A stretch of DNA of 42,003 nucleotides, from IMG/VR virus record IMGVR_UViG_3300042465_002800, positions 1-42,003 of that record; one strand, written 5' to 3'. The position numbers and the translations under genes were made by a program. This stretch comes from a virus (Duplodnaviria > Caudoviricetes). Shown in pieces: positions 8,643-15,312 of this stretch; the stretch's first letter is position 1, and the number at the start of each line of letters is the position of its first letter. The notes below the pieces were generated by a model. That model saw nothing but the letters and a program-made list of their open reading frames with translations, made no database searches and was not told where the DNA came from.

Positions 8643-10919
8643 TTATTTAACCCCAACTATTCGGCCATCTGCCCCACGCACAATTTGTTTTGGGCGTGTT
8701 AATTGAGCAATTAATTCTTCATGCTTTTGAGCTTGTGAAGAATTAAAATTTTGTTCTTGCATAGCTAACATTTGAGCAAAATTATCATTAACAGTGTTTA
8801 TAAGTTCTGTTAATGATGTAGCTGGTTGCTCGTCACCCATATCATTAATCTCCATTAAAGGGTCTTTATTAGCATTGATAGTCATTGAAGATTGTTTCAA
8901 ACTGGTTTTGCTACTCATTTCTGCGATCATAATTTTAGTATCTGCATCAAGTTGCGCTTTCCACTGTTCAAACTGTAATTTCTGAGCGGCTAGTTGTTGT
9001 TCAGCTTGCATCTTAACATGCTCCATTTGCATATCTGCTTGCGCTGTTTGTTGATCGGCTTGCAATTTAGCTTGTGAGTTCTGCGCTTCAGTCTGCGCCC
9101 TAATCATTTCAGGATTGGGGGGTGGCGGTTGTGGAGGTTGTGCCGCTTTAGCTTTTTCATTCTGAGTAGCTTGCGCTACAAACTGTTCAAACGATCCCTC
9201 GATAGTACGGCCAATCTTAAAGCCCCTAATACCAAACAGTAGCATTTCGCCTAACAAAGGCACTAACTCAGGGTGTTGCTGACCTACAGGAAGCACTTTC
9301 TCTAGGAATCCGCTAACTGAAGTCAAGAACTCAACACGGTTTGATTTTTCAGTTTGCTGATCTATTTGAACTAAGGTGTCAGTTTCAATGTCGATATTGA
9401 AGTTACGCATTGATTCGTTCTGCAGCATTTCGATAGCTGGCTGAACGAACTGTGCGTCAGGCGTGTACATAATGCCTGATATTTGTACCAAAGTTTCAGT
9501 TTGGTATTTAGAACAGATGATTTCAGACTTCATTCTTAAGATGTCACGAGCAAATCGGCTCATGTCATCTTTCATGTTATTCAGTCTAAGTGAAGCAAAT
9601 TGTGATTTAATTTGTTGTGCTGTTGCGGTTTCGGAGGCAACAGAAGCACCGCGCATGATGTCAGACAGGCCAGTTGTTTCATAAACGATCTGTTTGCAAG
9701 ACTCACGGGCTTGATACAGTTGTTGCAGAGCGGCAGCCACATCTCTAAGAGGCATAAACTGTACAGCACCTTGCAGACCGCCTTTCTCTACGAATGCCGC
9801 CCAGTTCTTAACTGGAATCAGAACACCATCATTGCCTTCCTTCATCAACCGTTCAATAGCAGGTTCGTCAGCCGCATAGATACCCATCACCTTCATGGCT
9901 TTGGTCAAATGCTTGATACGTCCGGTTAGGTCATCTATTTCATCCGCTTGATCTTGATATAACAAGAAATCAGCAATAGGAACTAGCGATCCTGACGTAG
10001 TTGTTGCAAAGTAAGGTTTAGGGCAGGGGAAGAAATTAGTAAGCTCTAAGGGGTCTTTACGGTGGTCTAAGACAATATCGTAGTTATCAGCTATCCAATA
10101 GACGCATTTCTCGGACTTACTCCAAATTTCCCAAACTTCAGCTTTCTTTAATGCTTTAGTCGTTTCTTTCTCGCCATCTTGACGATCAGGCGAATGAGTC
10201 AAAGGCACTTGGCTGAATACTTCACCAAAGCGCTCCTCTCCTTCTTCTAACGACATATAAACGCGTCTAGCTACCCAAGTGACTTCTTCCCATGTTCTTG
10301 CAGGTAGATGGGCAAAATCTTGCCAGTAAACGTAATCGACAGGTGTAGTTTCAGTAGTAATACGCTCAAACTGCTCTGGTGCTTCACCAGCTAACGCGTT
10401 CTCATCTAACGATTCGCTAGTGTCTGCGTATTCATCTTCTCCACCAAGAGATTCACCGCCTACTTCTTCATAGTTAGTGATCTGAGGTTCAGCTTCAACC
10501 GACTCAATGATCGGTTCATACCTGACCCAAGCCACACCGCGGCCGGGTAACAAGCGATCGTCAACCACATTAGAAATAGTAGCGTGGAAATCAGGATACT
10601 GAGTAATTTCATAAGCTAGGACTCGCTCTAATATAGTAGAAGCAACACGGGCTACATCGTTCTGATCTTCAAAACGTCTGGATATTTCAGGATTAGGCGG
10701 TTTAGCGTAAATAGCAGGCTTTAACGTCTGTACGTTCGACCAAAAGATATTAAACCGTGCATCAGTCGCCTCGATGTCTTTCCGTTCGTCACGGTAGCGT
10801 TTAACGACCTTCTCGCCACGCTCAGTCCACTTCTTAAAGACTTCTTTATAGCGCGATAGTTCATCGTGCCACGGCTGTGCTGATTGTTTATCTTCTGATT
10901 CTGCCATCGTGCCGCTCAT
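8643..10919 (-). CDS. Portal protein (podovirus type)
   Basis: 758 aa immediately after terL; ETTGLSDIMRG..ETATAQQIK motif, Q-rich coiled-coil C-terminus. Confidence 0.85.
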   Translation of the reverse strand: MSGTMAESEDKQSAQPWHDELSRYKEVFKKWTERGEKVVKRYRDERKDIEATDARFNIFWSNVQTLKPAIYAKPPNPEISRRFEDQNDVARVASTILERVLAYEITQYPDFHATISNVVDDRLLPGRGVAWVRYEPIIESVEAEPQITNYEEVGGESLGGEDEYADTSESLDENALAGEAPEQFERITTETTPVDYVYWQDFAHLPARTWEEVTWVARRVYMSLEEGEERFGEVFSQVPLTHSPDRQDGEKETTKALKKAEVWEIWSKSEKCVYWIADNYDIVLDHRKDPLELTNFFPCPKPYFATTTSGSLVPIADFLLYQDQADEIDDLTGRIKHLTKAMKVMGIYAADEPAIERLMKEGNDGVLIPVKNWAAFVEKGGLQGAVQFMPLRDVAAALQQLYQARESCKQIVYETTGLSDIMRGASVASETATAQQIKSQFASLRLNNMKDDMSRFARDILRMKSEIICSKYQTETLVQISGIMYTPDAQFVQPAIEMLQNESMRNFNIDIETDTLVQIDQQTEKSNRVEFLTSVSGFLEKVLPVGQQHPELVPLLGEMLLFGIRGFKIGRTIEGSFEQFVAQATQNEKAKAAQPPQPPPPNPEMIRAQTEAQNSQAKLQADQQTAQADMQMEHVKMQAEQQLAAQKLQFEQWKAQLDADTKIMIAEMSSKTSLKQSSMTINANKDPLMEINDMGDEQPATSLTELINTVNDNFAQMLAMQEQNFNSSQAQKHEELIAQLTRPKQIVRGADGRIVGVK

Positions 10920-10966
10920 TTGAAAAGGTTTGCACGATTATACCGTTTTTCTCAATAAAGCAATAC

Positions 10967-12268
10967 TTATATTCTCTTTTTTAGCGCTCTCGTGCTAGAT
11001 TCCCATAATTCGTTCAAAGTTTGGTCTTGCCAGTACTTAACTTTCTTAGTTTTAGGCTCGGGCCGCTGTTCACGCCACGCTAGAGCCATATATCTAAATC
11101 CGTCCGCAAAATGGCTTGTCCAGTCGTGTTTTGGTCGGTCATTAAACACCTTCTTATCCAGATTGTACTCCCTTTGGTACTGCGTTAAGGCTTCCATTCC
11201 TTCCTTACACTTAGGATCGAACCAACAATCGGCCAAAGTCAGACGTGCAGCCTGAATACCGTCCATCAGACTGACGCTAGGCACAATCCTCGGCCTCCAC
11301 CCTAACGATCTGAACTGCTCCTCAATAGACCGCCCCGTTTGCAAGCTTTTCGCCTTAGCATCGTGGGGTAAATACAGCCATTCACCGTAGTCGTAGCCCC
11401 TCCCCTTCAGTACTTCATGGTAATGACTGATAGGCATACCCGAATTACTGTAACAATCAATCACCCGTAGTTCCCTACCCACAACCTGATACCACCATAT
11501 AGCCGTATCATCACTCCAGCCTAAGTCAAGAGCCGCGTAGGTCTTTAGCGTCCGGTCATAACAAGGCTTAACCCTACCCGCTTCAGCTAATTCATACATT
11601 TCCTTACCGTATATCGCCCCCGGTATCGCTGCATCGAAATTACACTCCATTTCCTGTAGCCATGCGTCCTCACTCAGCTCGTTCTTAAGCTCAGCTAACT
11701 CCTCCGCGTCCAGCAGTCCTGACTCAGAAGCCTTCAGGATCAAGGTAAAGCAGTTTGGGTCTTGCTTACCCGCCTCGTACCGTTCATAAAAGGCGTTCTT
11801 ACCCTTTGGTGTTCCGATGATGATAGCCCAACCCTTCCGATCCGCTAACGCTGGCCGGATAACATACGCCCACACGGAGGACTTCCAGTCGCCATATTCA
11901 TCCGCAATGATCCCGTCAAAGTATAGCCCCCGTAACCGATCAGGATTATCCGCACCGAACAGTTGTAGCCTAGCCCCATTGGGAAAGTCCAACCGCAGTT
12001 CCGATTCGTTTACCTTTATATTAGGTATAGGTTTAGTAAACGTCTTACAGTAATCCCAGATCACCTGCTTGGCTTGCGAGTAGTAAGGACAGATGTAGCC
12101 GTAGCGCCCATCACCGGACACATCCTGACAGGCAGCACGTATCAATTCATTAATACAGGACACAGACTTCCCTGCGCGTCTATGCGCCACCACAACCGCC
12201 CAGCGTTCCTTTCGATTGTGTAGGGGTTTGAATACATCTCTTGGTCTGTAGGGTAGGGTTACTTTCAA
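10967..12268 (-). CDS. terL: Terminase large subunit
   Basis: Walker A HRRAGKS, LRG..DGIIADEY Walker B, GTPKGKN, nuclease DLGWSDDT, PHDA, HDWTSHFADGFRY. Confidence 0.95.
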   Translation of the reverse strand: MKVTLPYRPRDVFKPLHNRKERWAVVVAHRRAGKSVSCINELIRAACQDVSGDGRYGYICPYYSQAKQVIWDYCKTFTKPIPNIKVNESELRLDFPNGARLQLFGADNPDRLRGLYFDGIIADEYGDWKSSVWAYVIRPALADRKGWAIIIGTPKGKNAFYERYEAGKQDPNCFTLILKASESGLLDAEELAELKNELSEDAWLQEMECNFDAAIPGAIYGKEMYELAEAGRVKPCYDRTLKTYAALDLGWSDDTAIWWYQVVGRELRVIDCYSNSGMPISHYHEVLKGRGYDYGEWLYLPHDAKAKSLQTGRSIEEQFRSLGWRPRIVPSVSLMDGIQAARLTLADCWFDPKCKEGMEALTQYQREYNLDKKVFNDRPKHDWTSHFADGFRYMALAWREQRPEPKTKKVKYWQDQTLNELWESSTRALKKRI

Positions 12269-12269
12269 G

Positions 12270-12647
12270 TTATTCCTCCCACCCTATAACTAAATTCATA
12301 GCTGACCCGTCAGCGTTCGTCAGTCCTACCGCCAACCTAGTAGACTCCTTAGCAGTAGCCCAACCGTGGGAGTGTTGCAGGATAGCAAGAGCCGCTTTGG
12401 AGTCTCCGTTTCTAGCAGCGTCTCTTAGTTGAGTTGACGCTTCCACTTCTGCGTCAGCAGCGCCCTTCATGGCGGCTAGTTCTACAGTCGGGTCTAGCTG
12501 ACACAGTTGCCGATACTCGGAGGGTAACATCCCCGATGCGAGGGCAAGCTTGTCACCTTTCAAGCCGAGTTTAGCTGATTCATATATTTGGGATAGCCGC
12601 GCCTCTGTAGCTTGGAGTTCGCGCGGAGAATAGGGGAAGGAAATCAT
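12270..12647 (-). CDS. terS: Terminase small subunit (probable)
   Basis: 125 aa immediately upstream of terL; helical N-terminus, A.NGD.KAALAIL....GW pattern. Confidence 0.7.
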   Translation of the reverse strand: MISFPYSPRELQATEARLSQIYESAKLGLKGDKLALASGMLPSEYRQLCQLDPTVELAAMKGAADAEVEASTQLRDAARNGDSKAALAILQHSHGWATAKESTRLAVGLTNADGSAMNLVIGWEE

Positions 12648-12846
12648 AAGTCACCAGTCGTGGTTAGTTTGTTGGTAGGGTAGCACATATCTTTGTGTAA
12701 AACAATCTTTGACCATCTAAAATTTTTTAAAAAAATTTTTCAAATTTCTAAAAGATTTACATGTATAGCCCCGCCGCCGCTCACGCAGGTAACCCCCGTC
12801 TGCGACATGTCGACTTATTCAACGCCCCCCCACCCCACACCTTACA

Positions 12847-12859
12847 AATCAATAACTTA
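12847..12859 (+). promoter_or_regulatory. IHF-binding consensus (AATCAATAACTTA = WATCAANNNNTTR)
   Basis: Perfect consensus match in the non-coding region upstream of terS. Confidence 0.5.
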
Positions 12860-12896
12860 TAGCATGGTACAAGCTACAGGCCGCGAGTAGCAAGGG

Positions 12897-13015
12897 CTGA
12901 CTGGCTGGCTGGCTGACTGACTGACTGACTGACTGACTGGCTGACTGACTGGCTGACTGACTGGCTGACTGACTGACTGGCTGACTGACTGGCTGACTGA
13001 CTGACTGGCTGACTG
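12897..13015. repeat. Tetranucleotide tract (CTGA/CTGG) x29
   Basis: 29 uninterrupted CTGR units plus a final CTG, read directly. Confidence 0.97.
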
Positions 13016-13019
13016 CCAG

Positions 13020-13378
13020 TGTCAGCAATGTCAGCAATGTTAGCTATCAATAATAATTGCAACTATACAGTTGAACGTTAAGCGCGGCCCTTAATTTGTC
13101 AGCAATGTTAGCTATTCTTTTTTAATAGCTGACATTGCTAACAGTTAGCATCAAATCAAAAATGTTAGCAATGTCAGCAATGTTAGCGCCTGTTTTTAAC
13201 TCACTGACGGTGGGACATTATTTCTTTACACTAAATACTACATTTTAAAACTAAATATATTATCTAATAGCTAACATTACTAACAAATAGCTTAAAGCCG
13301 CGCCCTTGCTAGTCTAAGCCGTATGCAATCACCCCGCTTTTTATAGCTAACATTCAACTAACAAAGCTAACATGTTAA
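13020..13378. repeat. Iteron-like 9-bp repeats TGTYAGCAA/TGTTAGCTA in both orientations; putative replication origin or packaging-control region
   Basis: Tandem copies at 13020..13046, 13097..13114, 13163..13188; inverted copies at 13124..13143, ~13266..13285, ~13344..13372; AT-rich spacer. Confidence 0.75.
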
Positions 13379-13395
13379 CTAATGTAATGAAAAGC

Positions 13396-13424
13396 TTTAC
13401 ATGATATTAAAAAGCTGATGTAAT
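13396..13424 (+). promoter_or_regulatory. Putative early sigma70 promoter (TTTACA-17-TGTAAT)
   Basis: Near-consensus hexamers with 17-nt spacer, upstream of first early gene. Confidence 0.55.
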
Positions 13425-13458
13425 GACCTCGAACTTAATAATAAAGGGGTGTATAAAG

Positions 13459-13665
13459 ATGAATAACTTATATGAAGTGGTGAACGTATCCTTAAATGAA
13501 GTAGTTGCTAGGCAAGACTTATTAAAAGCGTTAAAAATAGCTGTAGACGTATCAAAATTAAATGATGATCATTATGAAGTGCTAAAAAACAAATTGAGAT
13601 TTGCGACTGCTTACAATGGTAACTTAGATATTGTTTTACCTAAACGAACTTTTTTAGAGGGTTAA
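13459..13665 (+). CDS. Early hypothetical protein (68 aa)
   Basis: ORF track 13423..13665; start moved to ATG 13459 after AAAGGGGT RBS. Confidence 0.7.
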   Translation: MNNLYEVVNVSLNEVVARQDLLKALKIAVDVSKLNDDHYEVLKNKLRFATAYNGNLDIVLPKRTFLEG

Positions 13666-13668
13666 AAC

Positions 13669-13845
13669 ATGGAAAACCCAATTTTTGCATTTATCAACAA
13701 AACTTCAAAGGGGTATATTTTACACTTAAGATCTAGTTTTGATTTAAACGTTAACTCTTACGCTGATCTGGTATTTGATCTTAAAACTAAAAAAGAAGTT
13801 GATGCAGTGGTTAAAACTTACGGAGCAACAAAATGGAACTTTTAA
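13669..13845 (+). CDS. Early hypothetical protein (58 aa, MENPIFAFINK...GATKWNF)
   Basis: Manual translation, GAGGG RBS; below ORF-track cutoff. Confidence 0.7.
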   Translation: MENPIFAFINKTSKGYILHLRSSFDLNVNSYADLVFDLKTKKEVDAVVKTYGATKWNF

Positions 13846-13916
13846 TGATACGCGGCACTATTGTTTTAATGGCCGCGATACTTGCAACTAACCTTTTAAA
13901 CTATTTTAATATATAA
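13845..13916 (+). CDS. Hydrophobic micropeptide (23 aa, MIRGTIVLMAAILATNLLNYFNI)
   Basis: TAATG-coupled to previous ORF; ends just before hairpin element. Confidence 0.4.
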   Translation: MIRGTIVLMAAILATNLLNYFNI

Positions 13917-13920
13917 ACAA

Positions 13921-13972
13921 TTCAAGGCCGGCATTTTACCGGCCTTTTAATAAACTAAAGGTAAACTAAATG
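13921..13972 (+). promoter_or_regulatory. Conserved hairpin + RBS leader element, copy 1
   Basis: TTC-AAGGCCGG-CATTTTA-CCGGCCTT-TTAAT...CTAAAGGTAAACTAAA-ATG. Confidence 0.8.
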
Positions 13973-14266
13973 AAAACTACAATACAATTACATGACTTTA
14001 TACATTGTGACGCTTTGAAAGATAACTTTTCTTATGATGGCCGCGCGGCCTTGTTTGAATACTTGGAACAATACGAACAAGAAAGTGGTTCTGAGTTAGA
14101 CTTTGATCCAGTCGCGCTACGCTGCGATTTTACAGAATACGCTAACATTGCTGATTTTTGGAATGATTACGACCGTTACGAGTACCAGTGCATGGAAGAC
14201 ATCGAAGATAATACTTCAGTTATTTATATACCTGACTCAGAAGCTTTTATAATCCAACAATTTTAA
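13970..14266 (+). CDS. Acidic early phage protein (NFSYDGRAALFEYLE..DPVALRCDFTEY)
   Basis: 98 aa, strongly D/E-rich; motif resembles a recurrent phage hypothetical family. Confidence 0.8.
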   Translation: MKTTIQLHDFIHCDALKDNFSYDGRAALFEYLEQYEQESGSELDFDPVALRCDFTEYANIADFWNDYDRYEYQCMEDIEDNTSVIYIPDSEAFIIQQF

Positions 14267-14268
14267 CA

Positions 14269-14320
14269 TTCAAGGCCCATGTTAAGTGGGCCTTTTAATA
14301 CACTAAAGGAAACTAAAATG
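14269..14320 (+). promoter_or_regulatory. Conserved hairpin + RBS leader element, copy 2
   Basis: TTC-AAGGCCCA-TGTTAAG-TGGGCCTT-TTAAT...CTAAAGGAAACTAAA-ATG. Confidence 0.8.
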
Positions 14321-14899
14321 AAAATTAAAGATCTAAGACTAGCATTAGCAGCAACACCTAAAAAAACCGACGTAAGATATTATCTTAACACTGTAAAAGT
14401 TGCGGCCGATCACATTGCAGCCAGTAACGGCCATTTATTATGCCATATAAAGGCCGGTGCTAGTTTTAACGCTATCCCGGATCAATCAGAATATGTATTA
14501 ATACCACTTGAAACGGTAAAAGACTTTATTAAAAAAGTAGGTACAAAATCAGAAGATCAAACATGTTTTATAAAGACTACTGATTGTGACGGCTTAACTT
14601 TTCATGTTTTAACTGGGGCAGGGGTTCAATGTTTATTTACCCCGGTCGATGCTAAATATCCATCTTTTGATAAAATCATCAATAACATAAATGATTTTAA
14701 ATTAGGCGGCCCATCACCCCATATAAGCCATCAATTCGACTGGCAATACATTGCCCTAGCTGATAAGGCCTTATCAAGTTATTCTAATTCTAAAATAGGC
14801 CATTCTTTATATACGCTACCTATAGAGTCATCTACTCAGTGCGGTTTTTTTGATTTTGATAATTGTATTTTTGTAATCATGCCAATGAAACGCGCGTAA
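14318..14899 (+). CDS. DNA polymerase III beta-clamp (DnaN)-like truncated protein, 193 aa
   Basis: DVRYYLN...ASNGHLL, DAKYPSFDKII and C-terminal VIMPMK match DnaN DVRYYLNG..ATDGHRL, GRFPDYRRV, VVMPMR; start moved to 14318 after RBS. Confidence 0.75.
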   Translation: MKIKDLRLALAATPKKTDVRYYLNTVKVAADHIAASNGHLLCHIKAGASFNAIPDQSEYVLIPLETVKDFIKKVGTKSEDQTCFIKTTDCDGLTFHVLTGAGVQCLFTPVDAKYPSFDKIINNINDFKLGGPSPHISHQFDWQYIALADKALSSYSNSKIGHSLYTLPIESSTQCGFFDFDNCIFVIMPMKRA

Positions 14900-14903
14900 T
14901 TAA

Positions 14904-14952
14904 TTCTAGGCCGGTATATTGCCGGCCTTTTAATCTAAGGTAAACTAAAATG
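14904..14952 (+). promoter_or_regulatory. Conserved hairpin + RBS leader element, copy 3
   Basis: TTCT-AGGCCGG-TATATTG-CCGGCCT-TTTAATCTAAGGTAAACTAAA-ATG. Confidence 0.8.
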
Positions 14953-15144
14953 AAACTAATTAATATAATAACTGCAATTATCATACTGGCCCTTATTGCA
15001 TTGGCCTTTATTAATCTACCCGCTAAAAAATACGAAGTTTTTAAAACGAGATCCGGCGACTTCTTACTAATGCCAGATGCTAAAGGTGGCCCGCGTATTT
15101 ATGAATTAATAGAGCTGCAGACTGATAGAGTTATATTGCCATGA
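14950..15144 (+). CDS. Small membrane-anchored early protein
   Basis: 64 aa with N-terminal hydrophobic helix. Confidence 0.7.
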   Translation: MKLINIITAIIILALIALAFINLPAKKYEVFKTRSGDFLLMPDAKGGPRIYELIELQTDRVILP

Positions 15145-15203
15145 TAGCGGCCATAGTTGGCTTAATAATCATTGAACTGATAGTAATAGCATTATCAGAA
15201 TAA
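15141..15203 (+). CDS. Hydrophobic micropeptide (20 aa, MIAAIVGLIIIELIVIALSE)
   Basis: ATGA overlap with previous ORF; ends at terminator. Confidence 0.4.
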   Translation: MIAAIVGLIIIELIVIALSE

Positions 15204-15206
15204 AAG

Positions 15207-15232
15207 AAAAGGGCCTTAAAAGGCCCTTTTTA
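15207..15232. terminator. Bidirectional intrinsic terminator
   Basis: AAAAGGGCCTT-AA-AAGGCCCTTTTT between convergent early and replication genes. Confidence 0.8.
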
Positions 15233-15312
15233 TTGTCTAACGTTTTAAAAATTTACGTTTTAAGGCGTGATAAGCTTAAACCTTAGTCAATACCTACCTA
15301 AACTTAAAACGC

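Noticed and set aside
12849-13062. SQSV/SQPA-repeat ORFs on the minus strand
   Set aside because: Open frames arise from the tetranucleotide repeat in several frames; no RBS or coding signal
13020-13378. CRISPR or mini-array
   Set aside because: Repeats are 9 bp, in both orientations and irregularly spaced; no unique spacers of uniform length
13921-14952. Integron attC cassettes
   Set aside because: No RYYYAAC/GTTRRRY core boxes, short perfect stems without extrahelical bases, and no integron integrase
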